A program made the position numbers and the translations under genes. A stretch of 64,000 nucleotides of DNA, taken from positions 96,001 through 160,000 of the forward strand of contig CAWJRG010000010.1 of the NCBI GenBank assembly GCA_963845185.1, given 5' to 3'. The stretch is from an uncultured bacterium. GTDB lineage: Bacteria; Oederibacteriota; PGYV01; CAWJRG01. The notes under the pieces are model-generated. The model saw nothing but the letters and a program-made list of their open reading frames with translations. It was not told the DNA's origin and did not search any database. Below, one piece after another: positions 30,156-41,726 of this stretch; within the stretch, counting starts at the first letter, position 1; each line of letters begins with the position of its first letter.

Positions 30156-31072
30156 TTTAATTTTAAAAAATATTCGTAAGTTTTTCTTATGCCTTCTTCA
30201 AGCTTTACCTTTGGTTTCCATCCGAGCATTCTTGTTGCCTTTTTGGCGTCAAGGTAATTCGCCAATAAATCACCTTCTCTGAAAGGCCCGGGTACAGCAG
30301 CCTCATCATAACCTGTAACCTTTTGTATCGCTTTGTAAAGCTGGTTTACGTCTGTTTTAACGCCTGTACCTATGTTAAAAGCTTCGTTGTCGCCTTTTGT
30401 CAAAGCTATGACATTTGCAGCTGCTACATCCCCTGCAAAAACATAATCCCTAATGCATTTTCCTCCGCCGAATATCATCGGCTTTTCGTTTTTCATTATC
30501 TTTTTTATGAATATGGCCACAACTCCCGCTTCGCCGTGCGGTATCTGCCTGGGGCCGTATACATTGCTGTATCTTAATATCGTGTACTTTAACCCGAACT
30601 GCGCGGTATAAAACTTGACATAATGCTCCCCTGCAACCTTGCTGATACCGTATGGGTTTTCCGGTTGAAGCGGGTTGTTTTCATGCGCGGGAAGTTTTAC
30701 GCTGCCGCCATATACCGTGCCTCCGCTTGAAATGAATATAAACTTTTTAATTTTATTTTCTCTTGCCGCCTCAAGCAGGTTTAAAGTTCCGTTTATGTTG
30801 TTTTCCGCGTCCCATACCGGGTTTTTTACTGAGTCAGGCACGCTTATCTGCGCCGCATGGTGGTTGATGACGTCTATTTTTTCTTTTTTTATTATATCCC
30901 TTATTTTTTTGTCGCGAATGTCTATTTTGTAAAACCGCGCGGCCTTGTTTATATTCTTTTTATTTCCCATAACAAGATTGTCAACTATTATAACCCTGTG
31001 CCCTGCTTCAATAAATGCGTCTGCGACATTTGAGCCTATAAATCCGGCCCCGCCTGTTACTAATATATTCAT
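30152..31072 (-). CDS. NAD-dependent epimerase (UDP-glucose 4-epimerase-like)
   Basis: TGGAGFIG, HHAAQ, YGISK, RYSNVYGPRQ, RDYV. Confidence 0.9.
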   Translation of the reverse strand: MNILVTGGAGFIGSNVADAFIEAGHRVIIVDNLVMGNKKNINKAARFYKIDIRDKKIRDIIKKEKIDVINHHAAQISVPDSVKNPVWDAENNINGTLNLLEAARENKIKKFIFISSGGTVYGGSVKLPAHENNPLQPENPYGISKVAGEHYVKFYTAQFGLKYTILRYSNVYGPRQIPHGEAGVVAIFIKKIMKNEKPMIFGGGKCIRDYVFAGDVAAANVIALTKGDNEAFNIGTGVKTDVNQLYKAIQKVTGYDEAAVPGPFREGDLLANYLDAKKATRMLGWKPKVKLEEGIRKTYEYFLKLK

Positions 31073-31084
31073 GTTAACCTCCAG

Positions 31085-32485
31085 TTAATAAGCAGTAGTA
31101 TGATGAAATACATCAAGCACTGTCTTGATGATAATTTTCATATCAAACCATAACGTCCAGTTTTCAATATAATATAAGTCATATTTTACCCGTTCTTCAA
31201 GTGAAGTATCTCCGCGCAGCCCATTTACTGCTGCCCATCCACTCATGCCTGCCTTAACCTTGTGCCTTTCCATGTAGCGCGGTATTATTTCCTTAAATTT
31301 GTTGACAAAATGCGGCCTTTCCGGCCTCGGCCCAACTATGCTCATTTCTCCTATCAGTACGTTTATCAACTGAGGCAGCTCGTCAATGCTTGTCTTCCTT
31401 AGAAACGCTCCGATTCTTGTCCTTCTCGGGTCGTCTGCCTTTGCCCATATAGGCCCTGTCTTTTCTTCCGCATCAATCTTCATTGTCCTGAATTTCCATA
31501 CTAGAAAAATCCTGTTGTTTCTGCTTACCCTTTCCTGCCTGAAAAACACAGGCCCGGTCGAAGTCAGCTTGATTATTATTGCTATAACAAGAAAAAACAC
31601 CGAAAGTATTAATAGCCCAAGAGTTGAAAAAACAATATCGCAAAACCTTTTAATGAACCTGTTTGTCATTCTGTCAAGCGGGAGTTCTTTTATTGCAAAT
31701 ACAGGTATGCCGTGAAGTTCGTCGTAGTCTATGTTTTTGGTAACAATGCTCAATACATCCGAGGCTATCATGAACTTCACGCCTTCATTTTCAATTATTA
31801 TGTCCGCTATCTCCTGCCTGTTGTAATTGGTGAGACCTATAAATACCTCATCCACTTTTTCTTTTGTTATTATTTTCCCGGTATCTTTTATTTTACCTAA
31901 AACACGCACGTCGCCTATTTTTTTCCCTGATTTTTGCTTATTGTCAACAAGCCCAACCACCTTGTAACCCGAGCCCGGCGACCTTTTTATGCGGTCAATC
32001 AAAATTCTTGATATTTCAGTGTTCCCCAATACAAGGACCCGCTGTACTATTATTTCCTTTTTTCTCAGTGTTTTGAACAATGCCCTGTATGAAAGCCTCC
32101 ATATTCCCATTATGATAACTCCAAGCACCCACAGGTAAGCAATCACTATGCGCGAATATGAAAATTTTCTTACCATAAAAGTGGAAGACATAAGGATTAT
32201 CACGCTTGCGGTTACGGCTGAAAACACCCCAAAAAACTCGTCAAGCCTTGATGCGCCCCTGTCCTGCCTGTAAAGACCGGCATAATTAAAAGCAAGCAGG
32301 TAAACAAGGACAATAACAGGCAATGGATAAATGTAATATTTTAAAAGCGGTATTCCCTGCGTTACCGGTATCATTTTTGCGTAAAATCTCAGGTAATAGG
32401 CAAGCAGGATGACCCCCGCAATCAATATTATATCGCCCATGATAAGCGCAGCTCTCAGAATTCTTTGCAAATTTTTTTTATCCAT
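31085..32485 (-). CDS. Undecaprenyl-phosphate glucose phosphotransferase (WcaJ-like)
   Basis: N-terminal TMs; KFRTM, DELPQL, MSIVGPRPER, YDLYYIENW. Confidence 0.9.
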   Translation of the reverse strand: MDKKNLQRILRAALIMGDIILIAGVILLAYYLRFYAKMIPVTQGIPLLKYYIYPLPVIVLVYLLAFNYAGLYRQDRGASRLDEFFGVFSAVTASVIILMSSTFMVRKFSYSRIVIAYLWVLGVIIMGIWRLSYRALFKTLRKKEIIVQRVLVLGNTEISRILIDRIKRSPGSGYKVVGLVDNKQKSGKKIGDVRVLGKIKDTGKIITKEKVDEVFIGLTNYNRQEIADIIIENEGVKFMIASDVLSIVTKNIDYDELHGIPVFAIKELPLDRMTNRFIKRFCDIVFSTLGLLILSVFFLVIAIIIKLTSTGPVFFRQERVSRNNRIFLVWKFRTMKIDAEEKTGPIWAKADDPRRTRIGAFLRKTSIDELPQLINVLIGEMSIVGPRPERPHFVNKFKEIIPRYMERHKVKAGMSGWAAVNGLRGDTSLEERVKYDLYYIENWTLWFDMKIIIKTVLDVFHHTTAY

Positions 32486-32496
32486 TATTCCCTTTT

Positions 32497-33603
32497 TTAT
32501 CTGTTATTGACTTTATGCTCTGCCAGGAATTCCTTTACTTTATTTTTAAAATTTTCTTTTGAAAATTTTGCCGCATTATCAATCATATCTTTTAAATCAT
32601 AACTCTTATTCTTGATTTTCTCAAGTTTTTTAATAAAACCTTCTTCCGTACCGTCAAAAAATTCTCCTGTAATACCCTCTTTAACAATTTCAAGCGCGCC
32701 GCCTGCAAAAAATGCAAGAACCGGCGTTCCGCATGCCTGCGCTTCTACCATGGTTATCCCAAAGTCTTCCTCTCCGGGGAATATAAACGCCTTCGCGCGC
32801 CTGTAATAATCCCTTATTTCCTCATCAGTTTTATAACCTGCCATTTCAATATTGCCGTATTTTATCAACTTCTTCAATTTTTTAAGCATCGGGCCTGTTC
32901 CCGCTATTATAAGTTTTTCGTTCTGTAATTTATTGAAAAGGTTGATTGCAAAATCAACTTTTTTATACTCAGTTAGCGCGCTTACCATTAAAAAAAAATT
33001 TTCCTTTTTTGCCTGAGGGCTGCCGGGATTGTAAAAATCCGTGTCAACCGGCGGGTATATAACCTGGGCATCCCTGCCGTAGTGTTTTTTAATCCTTTCT
33101 TTGACATTTTCAGAGTTAGCTATAAAATAATTCACCCGGCCTGACGATTCGATATCCCATGTTCTTAAATAGGGCATAATCTTTGAGATTAAAAAAAATT
33201 TTATCCTGCCGCTTTTTCCCGGGGAAAAATACTGGTCGAACTGCTCCCATGCATATCTCATAGGCGTATGACAGTAGCAGGCATGAAAAGCGCCTTTAGC
33301 CGGTATTGCGCCCTTTGCAACGCAGTGGCTTGAAGATATTATAAAGTCGTATGTTTTTAAATTAAACCTTTCAACTGCAAAAGGAAAAACCGGCAGTAAA
33401 TTCCTGTAATATTTATAAATACCTGGAAACCTTTGCAAAAAGGAAGTCCTTATTTTGTGGGATTTTATTATTTCCGATATTTTTTTGCTGTCACAAATCA
33501 GTGTGTAAATATCCGCTTCGGGGAACATACCGCATAGGGCCTCAAGCACCTTTTCGCCGCCCCTCATTCCTGTGAGCCAGTCGTGTATTATCGCTGTTTT
33601 CAA
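32497..33603 (-). CDS. GT4 glycosyltransferase
   Basis: HDWL..RGGEKV, CHTPMRY, EDFGI..VEAQACGTPV. Confidence 0.92.
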   Translation of the reverse strand: MKTAIIHDWLTGMRGGEKVLEALCGMFPEADIYTLICDSKKISEIIKSHKIRTSFLQRFPGIYKYYRNLLPVFPFAVERFNLKTYDFIISSSHCVAKGAIPAKGAFHACYCHTPMRYAWEQFDQYFSPGKSGRIKFFLISKIMPYLRTWDIESSGRVNYFIANSENVKERIKKHYGRDAQVIYPPVDTDFYNPGSPQAKKENFFLMVSALTEYKKVDFAINLFNKLQNEKLIIAGTGPMLKKLKKLIKYGNIEMAGYKTDEEIRDYYRRAKAFIFPGEEDFGITMVEAQACGTPVLAFFAGGALEIVKEGITGEFFDGTEEGFIKKLEKIKNKSYDLKDMIDNAAKFSKENFKNKVKEFLAEHKVNNR

Positions 33604-34685
33604 CTTTTACCGCCTTTTTCGAGTATCTCGTCAATTACAGCGTTGACTTCCTCCGGCGTTATTTGCTTCATGCAGATATTGTTTTTGCATTTTAAAAATT
33701 TCCTGTAATGCACGGTGCCCGGCTCGTAGCACGGCGAACAGTCAATCGCCTTAAAAATATTATAAACGTTCTTCCCTTTTGCCCCGAATATTTCCGGCGA
33801 TGACGGCCCAAAAATACCTATTGTCCTTATTCCCATCGCTGACACTATGTGCACCGGGCCTGTATCGCCTCCTACAAAAACGTCCATAAGCGACGCGTAA
33901 TGCATAAATTCCTTTATTGGCGTTATTATAAATTTTGCATTGGGCTTTGCTTTTTTTATCTGTTCTGTTACGTCGCCGTCTGTTTCCCCGCCGAAAATAT
34001 ATACGTCGTTTCCTTTTTTCTCGAGTATGTCTGCAAGCCTGATGAAATTTTCCACAGGCCATCTTTTTGTAGGCATCACGGTTCCCGGGTTTTTCCCGCC
34101 TCCCGGAAAAACGCCAATTTTTATCCTCTTTCCTTCAATCGTGTATTTTTCATCTCCAGCATCCGGCCTTTCGATATATGTGTAATCATCCGCTATCTTG
34201 AAACCCAGCTTGTCAATTATGCTCAGGTAACGCTCAACCTCGTGTATCTTCGGGTCATATTCAAACTTGCTTGTTAAAAAAATCCCCTCGCCTTTCCAGT
34301 TAAAGCCTGCCCTGTACCTGGCTCCGGCGAATAATATGAAAAGGTTTGATATCAGGTCTCTGTGAAAATTTATTATCAGGTCGTATTTTTCAGCCCTTAA
34401 CTCCGACAATACCTTTAAAACTCCTCCTATGTCCCTGAAATCGATGATATATTTTTTCTTTATGTACGGTATTGCGTCGACTACATCCTTCACCCAGGGG
34501 TTGCATAAAAAATGCACTTCCTTGCCTTCGTTGTATAATGCCCTTAATGAAGGCGTTATTTGTATTATGTCGCCCATGCAGCATAGTTTTACCACAAGCA
34601 CTTTCTTGATGTTTTCCCTGGTAAAAAATGCTTGCTTTACAAAATCTATCCTGTTTAAAAATTTCACAAAAAAATCTTTGAGCAT
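33600..34685 (-). CDS. GT9 (LPS heptosyltransferase-like) glycosyltransferase
   Basis: MGDII, HEV, KRWP, DTGPVH. Start at 34685 (TAATG overlap). Confidence 0.88.
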   Translation of the reverse strand: MLKDFFVKFLNRIDFVKQAFFTRENIKKVLVVKLCCMGDIIQITPSLRALYNEGKEVHFLCNPWVKDVVDAIPYIKKKYIIDFRDIGGVLKVLSELRAEKYDLIINFHRDLISNLFILFAGARYRAGFNWKGEGIFLTSKFEYDPKIHEVERYLSIIDKLGFKIADDYTYIERPDAGDEKYTIEGKRIKIGVFPGGGKNPGTVMPTKRWPVENFIRLADILEKKGNDVYIFGGETDGDVTEQIKKAKPNAKFIITPIKEFMHYASLMDVFVGGDTGPVHIVSAMGIRTIGIFGPSSPEIFGAKGKNVYNIFKAIDCSPCYEPGTVHYRKFLKCKNNICMKQITPEEVNAVIDEILEKGGKS

Positions 34686-35821
34686 TAAAACCACCTTTTT
34701 AATTTGTCGTACACTTCCTCAACCGTGATAATATCCATGCATACATGGCTTTTTTGGTTGCAATCCGGGAGCTCGCACGGCCCGCAATCTGTTTCCCTGC
34801 TTAACGCTATAAAATTTTCCTTTTTTACTTTTGGCTCCCATCTTTTGTAATTCAGGGTATTTCCGTATATTACCAGGCACTTGACTCCCGAATAAGCCGC
34901 AAAATGCTGTATTGACGAATCATTTCCTAGAAAAATATCCGTTTTTTTAATGAGTGCCAGCAATTCGCCGAACCCCATTCCTATGATGCTTATTATATTT
35001 TCGCCGAAAATAAATTGATCCTCATATTTTTTTTCCGCCTCGCTGCCGGTAACAAAAATCTTTGTGTTTTCATGTTCTACCGCTATCAGCTGGATTAATT
35101 CGCTGTACCTGGATAAAGGCCACATTTTTGCTTTTGAACCTGCAAATGGGTGGACTAGTATTATTTTATCACAGCCTGCAGATTTTTGCCGCAGGAACTC
35201 ATCGATACTCTTTTTATTTTCTTCCGTAACGAAAAAATCGAATTTTAAATCTTCGGTGGTCGGTGGCTCGCCGATTAATTTTAAATTTTTATCTATCTCG
35301 TGTTCTTCCCTGTCGTAATCCTTTTTGTAGTCGAGCAAAAATCCTCCGCCCGCGCAGCCGTAACCGCATATTTTTTTTGCGCCCGACAAAAACAGGAAAA
35401 ATATATTCCTTATATCTCCCCTTAACTCAAAAGCAAGGTCTATTTTTTCATTTTTTAATTCCCTGATTGCTCCAAGAACTTCCGGAATTTTTATTTTTTT
35501 GCCTTTATAAAACCAGCTTGATTCAAGGCTGAAAACCTTTTTAACATACGGGTTATTTTCGAGCAGGAACCTTGAAGCCTTTGCCGTAAGCGCGCATATT
35601 TCGGTTCCGGGGTATTTTTTTGCGAGTTTTTCAAAAAAAGGCAGTGTTTGTATCACATCGCCCATCTGGTCAATCCTCATTACAAGAATTTTCTTTATTG
35701 TATTTTCATTGGAGAATAATCTTCGGAAGAGTTTCAGCGGCGCGAATATAATGTAACCCATAATATCTATCAGCCGCATAAGAATTCTTTTATATCTTTT
35801 CTTAAAAACGTATCTGCCCAT
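34685..35821 (-). CDS. GT9 (LPS heptosyltransferase-like) glycosyltransferase
   Basis: RIDQMGDV, HEI, VHPFAG..KMWP, GNDSSIQH. Confidence 0.88.
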   Translation of the reverse strand: MGRYVFKKRYKRILMRLIDIMGYIIFAPLKLFRRLFSNENTIKKILVMRIDQMGDVIQTLPFFEKLAKKYPGTEICALTAKASRFLLENNPYVKKVFSLESSWFYKGKKIKIPEVLGAIRELKNEKIDLAFELRGDIRNIFFLFLSGAKKICGYGCAGGGFLLDYKKDYDREEHEIDKNLKLIGEPPTTEDLKFDFFVTEENKKSIDEFLRQKSAGCDKIILVHPFAGSKAKMWPLSRYSELIQLIAVEHENTKIFVTGSEAEKKYEDQFIFGENIISIIGMGFGELLALIKKTDIFLGNDSSIQHFAAYSGVKCLVIYGNTLNYKRWEPKVKKENFIALSRETDCGPCELPDCNQKSHVCMDIITVEEVYDKLKRWF

Positions 35822-38205
35822 TTATTTTTTCTTTGCTTTACCCATGTTTATTCCCAGCGCTATCTTTACGACCTCATCCATGTCCTTGACAAAGTAAAAT
35901 TTGATGTCTTTCTTCACATAATCAGGCAGCTCGTCAAAATCTTTTTTGTTGTAATAAGGGATTATTATTTCTTTTATGCCGTTCCTGTGCGCAGCAAGAG
36001 TTTTTTCCTTTAAGCCTCCTATGGGCAGTACCCTGCCGCGCAGCGTGATTTCCCCGGTCATCGCAAGGCTCTTCTTTACTGGCCTGCCGCTGAATGCTGA
36101 AATTATGGCCGTAGCAATGGTGATCCCGGCTGACGGCCCGTCTTTTGGTATGGCGCCCTCAGGCACATGAATATGTATGTCGGTTTTTGCGAATTCGTCT
36201 TCCTTAATTCCGAGCCTTCTCGCCTTGGCACGCGTGTAACTTAAGGCGGCCTGCGCCGATTCTTTCATTACATCCCCGAGTTTGCCGGTCAACAGCAACT
36301 GTCCCTTGCCCTTAACTATGCTGACCTCGATTATCAGCACATCCCCGCCGAATTCGGTCCATGCAATGCCTGTCGTTATCCCTATGTCATTGACGTCCTT
36401 TGTCGGCATATCGAGGAATTTTGGCGCCCCCAGGTAAAAAGAAACATTGTCTTTATTAATGGCTTTCTTTGTGAATTTGCTGTTTTCCCTGACTTTTTCT
36501 TTTGCTATTTTCCTGCATATTGTTTTTATCTCGCGTTCCAGGCCCCTGACCCCTGCTTCCCTTGTATAATTCTGGACAATAATCATGAGCGCGTTATCGT
36601 CAAATAATACGTCCTTTTCCGTTAGGCCGTGAAATTTTGTCTGCTTGGGTATTATGAATTTTTCCGCAATTTTTATTTTTTCCAGTTCTGTATAGCTGTT
36701 GATCTCTATTATCTCCATCCTGTCCTGAAGCGGCAGGGGTATGCCGTAAAGGGTATTTGCCGTTGTTATAAACATGACGTCAGAAAGGTCAAATTCAACG
36801 TCAAGATAATGGTCCATAAACGTGTTGTTTTGCTCGGGTCCAGGACTTCAAGCAGGGCAGCCGCAGGGTCGCCCCTGAAATCCGCTGCCATTTTGTCGAC
36901 CTCGTCCATTAAAAATACCGGATTTTTTGTTTTTGCCTTTCTTATTGACTGTATTATCCTGCCCGGAAGCGCGCCTATATATGTCCGCCTGTGCCCCCTT
37001 ATTTCAGCCTCGTCCCTGACCCCGCCCAGCGACAGCCGGACGAAATTCCTGCCCAATGCCCTCGCGATTGATTTTGCAAGCGAAGTTTTGCCTACACCGG
37101 GCGGACCGACAAAACAGATTATCGGCACCTGCATTTTTTCTTTTACGAGTTTTTTTACAGCCAGGTATTCCAGTATCCTCTCCTTGACTTTGTCAAGCCC
37201 GTAATGGTCTTCTTCAAGTACTTCTTTGACTTTATCTATGTCTATTTTGTCTTTTGTTTTTTTGTCCCACGGAATGTCTATGAGCCAATCCAGGTATGTC
37301 CTGATTACCGTTGCTTCGGCGGACATCGGCATCATTTTTTCCATCCTGGAAAGCTCTTCCAGGGCTTTTTCCTCGGCTTCTTTCGACATATGCGCGGCTT
37401 TTATTTTTTTCTTTAAATCCGCCATTTCGTTATAGGAACTGTCAGCTTTCCCAAGCTCCTTCTGTATCGCTTTTAACTGCTCCGAGAGGTAATATTCTTT
37501 TTGCGACTTTTCAAGCTGGCCCTGCACCTTGCCCTGTATTGATTTTTCTATTTCAAGTATTTCATTTTCCCTCTGCAGGATTGCCGAAAGTTTTTGCAGC
37601 CTGAATTTCACGGATGTCATGGTTAAAAGTTCCTGCTTTTCCTCGTGCTTTAAAGGTATCTGTGCCGCTATTATATCCGCCACCCTGCCCGGCTGGTCTA
37701 TCTCTACAACAGACATCATGGTTTCAGGCGGTATCCTTTTGTTTAAATTGATGTACTTTTCAAATTCATCGAGCACAAACCTGCGCATGGCCTCGATTTC
37801 CTTGTCTTTTTCTTCAGTCTCTGTGACTTCTTCCACCAAAACTTCAAAATAAGGGTCTTCCTGTGTGTACTCATTTATTTTTACCCTGGTTAACCCTTCA
37901 ACAAGAATCCTTATTGCGCCGTCCGGCAGTTTCAATATCTGGAGTATTTCGGACAACGTGCCCATTTCGTAAATTTCATCTTTCGCAGGCTCATCAATCT
38001 TTGAGTTTTTCTGCGCGACTAAAAATATAATCCTGTCTTTGCCCATGGCCGCTTCAAGTGATTTTATGGATTTTTCCCTGCCGACAAACAAAGGTATTAC
38101 CATGTTCGGGAAAACAACAAGGTCCCTCAGCGGTAAAAGAGGTATCCTGTAACTTTTAGGCGGCTTCTCTGGCTGCTGGTCTGTTTTTATTGTTTCATCT
38201 GCCAT
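35822..38205 (-). pseudogene. lon: ATP-dependent Lon protease split by a 1-nt deletion near 36836 (true pseudogene or assembly error)
   Basis: The 5' ORF has the Lon N-domain, GPPGVGKT and DEVDK; the 3' ORF has PKDGPSAG and GGLKEK. Adding one base restores [14 protein letters not shown]. Confidence 0.88.
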
Positions 38206-38217
38206 AATGGGTAACCC

Positions 38218-39426
38218 TCATGCTGTTTTATTTTTGATTATTGCTTCCATTTTGTCTTTCGTGCCTTTGACGATTTCCTCGTCGATAATGACCTCGTTTA
38301 TGTCCTTGCTGGACGGTATTTCGTACATAATATCGAGCATAATCGCCTCGATTATCGCCCTCAGGCCTCTTGCGCCGACTCCTTTTTCAATGGCAGCGCC
38401 TGCCACTGCCTTTTTCGCATTATCGGTAAATACCAGTTTCACGCCCTCGAGGTCGAGTATCTTTTTATACTGCTTGAGTATTGAATTTTTAGGCTTGTCC
38501 AGTATGTTTATCAGGTCGTTTTCCGTAAGCTCGGAAAGCGCCGTCACAATAGGCAACCTGCCGATAAACTCCGGTATCATGCCGTATTTTATCAGGTCCA
38601 CAGGCAGCGTCTCTGCGAGTATCTCATATTTTTCCGATTCTCTTTTTTCGTCTTCGTTTTTGTACCCGTAAACTTTTTTCCGTATACGCTTCGCCACTAT
38701 CTTGTCGAGTCCGACAAAAGCGCCCCCGGTAATAAACAGGATATTTTTTGTGTTTATCTTAATATATTCCTGGTACGGATGTTTCCTTCCGCCCTTTGGC
38801 GGCACATTTGCCGTTGTACCCTCGATAATTTTCAGAAGCGCCTGCTGCACCCCTTCGCCCGAAACATCCCTTGTTATTGACACATTCTCGCCTTTTTTTG
38901 CTATCTTGTCTATCTCGTCTATGTAAACAATGCCCCTCTCTGCCCTGGCCACGTCAAAATTGCAGTTTTCAAGCAGCCTCAGCAGGATATTCTCCACATC
39001 CTCGCCAACATATCCGGCTTCGGTCAGAGTGGTGGCGTCTGATATCGCGAAAGGCACGCGCAGGATCCGCGCCAGCGTCTCAGCCAGCAAAGTCTTGCCT
39101 GACCCGGTCGGCCCCACGAGAAGTATGTTGCTTTTCTGAAGCTCGACATCGTCGGCCCTTGGGTTGAGTATTCTTTTATAGTGGTTGTAGACTGCTACGG
39201 AAAGTACTTTTTTTGCTTTTTCCTGTGATATCACGTACTCGTCTAGTATCTTCTTAATCTCTTTCGGCGGAGGCAGGTCCTTTAAATCATTACCAGCGAA
39301 CTGTGCGTCCGCCTGCGTCATTTTATAAAAAGCATCTATGCATTCATCGCATATGGCGGCATTGTCGCCTATTATAAGCCTTCCTATTTCTTTCTCTTTT
39401 TTGCCGCAAAAATGGCATTTGTTCAT
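38218..39426 (-). CDS. clpX: ATP-dependent Clp protease ATPase subunit ClpX
   Basis: C4 Zn domain, [33 protein letters not shown]. Confidence 0.97.
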   Translation of the reverse strand: MNKCHFCGKKEKEIGRLIIGDNAAICDECIDAFYKMTQADAQFAGNDLKDLPPPKEIKKILDEYVISQEKAKKVLSVAVYNHYKRILNPRADDVELQKSNILLVGPTGSGKTLLAETLARILRVPFAISDATTLTEAGYVGEDVENILLRLLENCNFDVARAERGIVYIDEIDKIAKKGENVSITRDVSGEGVQQALLKIIEGTTANVPPKGGRKHPYQEYIKINTKNILFITGGAFVGLDKIVAKRIRKKVYGYKNEDEKRESEKYEILAETLPVDLIKYGMIPEFIGRLPIVTALSELTENDLINILDKPKNSILKQYKKILDLEGVKLVFTDNAKKAVAGAAIEKGVGARGLRAIIEAIMLDIMYEIPSSKDINEVIIDEEIVKGTKDKMEAIIKNKTA

Positions 39427-39496
39427 ATTTCCTCCTCAAAATCCGATATGTAAAAAATGACAAGTTTATATATTATGATAAGAGCCTTCTAGTGAA

Positions 39497-40090
39497 TTAC
39501 TTTATTTCCTTCTTGCTCTCAATAACTTCATCAACTATGCCGTATACTTTGGCTTCTTCGGCGCTCATATAATAATCCCTGTCCGTGTCTTTTTCTATTT
39601 TTTTTAAGGTCTGCCCTGTATGTTTTGACAGTATCTTATTCAGCTGTTCCCGAAGTTTTACTATTTCTTTCGCGTGTATGTCAATATCGGAAGCCTGACC
39701 CTGCACTCCTCCCATGGGCTGGTGAATCAGGATTCTGGAATTAGGCAGCGCAAATCTTCTCCCCTTTGTTCCCGCAGCCATCAGAAGGGCGGCCATGCTC
39801 GCGGCCTGGCCCACGCATATCGTGCTGACCGGTGCCTTTATGTACTGAATGGTGTCATAGATAGCCATGCCTGCCGTAACCATTCCGCCCGGGCTGTTTA
39901 TATAAATTGCTATTTCTTTTTTTGAATCCTCGCCTTCCAAAAATAAAAGCTGCGCTATCGCGACATTGGCTACGTCATCGTCAATGGTCTCGCCTATAAA
40001 AACTATGCGTTCCTTAAGCAGGCGCGAATATATGTCATAAGACCTCTCGCCCCTGTCGCTTTGCTCAACAACAAAAGGAATCAGACTCAT
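39497..40090 (-). CDS. clpP: Clp protease proteolytic subunit
   Basis: [32 protein letters not shown]. Confidence 0.98.
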   Translation of the reverse strand: MSLIPFVVEQSDRGERSYDIYSRLLKERIVFIGETIDDDVANVAIAQLLFLEGEDSKKEIAIYINSPGGMVTAGMAIYDTIQYIKAPVSTICVGQAASMAALLMAAGTKGRRFALPNSRILIHQPMGGVQGQASDIDIHAKEIVKLREQLNKILSKHTGQTLKKIEKDTDRDYYMSAEEAKVYGIVDEVIESKKEIK

Positions 40091-40112
40091 TAATACACCT
40101 CCGTATTTGTTT

Positions 40113-41390
40113 TTAACCGCTTATTTCAATCATCCTGTCTATTACCCTGTCTTCCTGCAGTTTTGCCTTCAATGCTTCCCAGTCGCCTTTTGCTTTTGCC
40201 TGTTTTATCATTGCATCAGTGTCCTGCCCGTTTTCCGTGGCTATCCTTTTGATTTCGTTCTCTACATCCTCATCCTTGATGTTTATGTTTTCTTTCTCAG
40301 CTATTTTCCTTAATATGTATATCAGCCTTATATTGTCTTCGGCCTGTTTTCTACTTGTTTTCCTTAACTCATCCAGTTTCATGCCTGCTTTTTCAATGGT
40401 TAAACCCTGCTGTTTTAAATATTCCTCATACCTGTATACTATGTTTTGAATTTCCTGTTCCACAAGTCCATCGGGTATTTCAAAATTATTTGCCTCAAGA
40501 AGCTTTTTGGTTATCTGTCCGACTGTAAAATCCTTGGCTTCTTCCGCGGCCTGTTTTGCCAGAGCCTGCTTTACCGTATTTTTAAACTCTTCGACTGTGC
40601 TGTATTTGCCGATGCTTTTTACAAATTCGTCGTTTAATTCCGGTAAATCAAGGATTTTTATATTTTTTACCTTAACTTTAAAAAGAGCTTTTTTGCCCGC
40701 AAATTTTTTATTCTGGTAATCTGGGGGGAATGCTATATCAATATCCTTTTCCTGCCCGAGTTTCATGCCTTTAATTTTTTCCTCTAAGTCGCCAACGGAA
40801 GTTTTTGACCCTATGCGTATAATCTGGTTGTCGGCCGCCAGCTCCGGCTGCGCCGAATTATCCACAAACCCAACAAGGCTGACTCCTACATAATCACCGT
40901 CTTTTACTTCATCCCTGTCCGCGTCTTTCAGGGTACCCCTGTACTGCCTTATCTTGTTGATTTCCCTGTCAATATCTGCGTCTTTTACTTCAACAGCCTT
41001 TTTACCCTTTATTTTAAAATTTTTATAATCGCCGATTTCAAACTCGGGGTTAATTTCTAAAATTATTTTATAACTGATGCTGTTTTCCCTGCTGTCTTCA
41101 TATTTTACGTCCCGCAGTGCCGGATAAGTAACTGCGTGCAGGTCCAGTTCTTTTATAACCTGCGAATATGTTGACGGTACGACTTCCTTCAGGACATCTT
41201 CCTTAATTGCTTCCTTAAATTGTGTCTTTATTACATCGCCCGGGACTTTGCCTTTTCTGAAACCGTCAATTCTTGCGTTGTTTTTATATTTTTCAAATAC
41301 TTTATCCTCGGCTTCTTTCACTTCTTTTTCTTCGACTATAACGCTTATAACTTTTTTGCAGTTCTTTTCGTCCTTTACTTCGTATTTCAT
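40113..41390 (-). CDS. tig: Trigger factor
   Basis: [12 protein letters not shown]-like domain, position upstream of clpP. Confidence 0.95.
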   Translation of the reverse strand: MKYEVKDEKNCKKVISVIVEEKEVKEAEDKVFEKYKNNARIDGFRKGKVPGDVIKTQFKEAIKEDVLKEVVPSTYSQVIKELDLHAVTYPALRDVKYEDSRENSISYKIILEINPEFEIGDYKNFKIKGKKAVEVKDADIDREINKIRQYRGTLKDADRDEVKDGDYVGVSLVGFVDNSAQPELAADNQIIRIGSKTSVGDLEEKIKGMKLGQEKDIDIAFPPDYQNKKFAGKKALFKVKVKNIKILDLPELNDEFVKSIGKYSTVEEFKNTVKQALAKQAAEEAKDFTVGQITKKLLEANNFEIPDGLVEQEIQNIVYRYEEYLKQQGLTIEKAGMKLDELRKTSRKQAEDNIRLIYILRKIAEKENINIKDEDVENEIKRIATENGQDTDAMIKQAKAKGDWEALKAKLQEDRVIDRMIEISG

Positions 41391-41437
41391 TTGTATTCTC
41401 CTGTTTTTCCCGGTTTCCGGTTCACTTTTATTCGGTT

Positions 41438-41513
41438 TGGCGCGCCTGGAGGGAATCGAACCCCCGGCCCGCAGATTCGAAGTCTGACGCTCTATCCACT
41501 GAGCTACAGGCGC
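41438..41513 (-). tRNA. tRNA-Arg(UCG)
   Basis: Cloverleaf GCGCCTG..CT-TCG-AA..TTCGATT..CAGGCGC-G-CCA. Confidence 0.93.
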
Positions 41514-41540
41514 TTTTTATGTCCCGCCATATAATATCTT

Positions 41541-41625
41541 TGGTGCGAGGAGAGGGACTTGAACCCCCACCCCTTACGGGACCAGATCCTAAGTCTGGCG
41601 TGTCTGCCAATTTCACCATCCTCGC
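41541..41625 (-). tRNA. tRNA-Leu(UAG)
   Basis: Cloverleaf with long variable arm, anticodon loop CT-TAG-GA, encoded CCA. Confidence 0.95.
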
Positions 41626-41634
41626 AAAAAACAA

Positions 41635-41725
41635 GTCAAATGTTGAATGTTAAAAGTTTAAAGTTAATAACTTGTTTATTGTATTTAATTTTTAACATTA
41701 ACCTTTAAACGCGAAACTTTCAACT
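41635..41725. repeat. Two opposed degenerate 7-bp tandem arrays
   Basis: gtcaaat gttgaat gttaaaa gtttaaa gttaata ... tttaatt tttaaca ttaacct ttaaacg cgaaact ttcaact. Confidence 0.5.
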
Positions 41726-41726
41726 G

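Noticed and set aside
36817..36840. Programmed frameshift in lon
   Set aside because: No slippery sequence or stimulatory structure seen; a simple deletion is more parsimonious.
41428..41634. 68-aa ORF on the minus strand
   Set aside because: It overlaps two clear tRNA genes.
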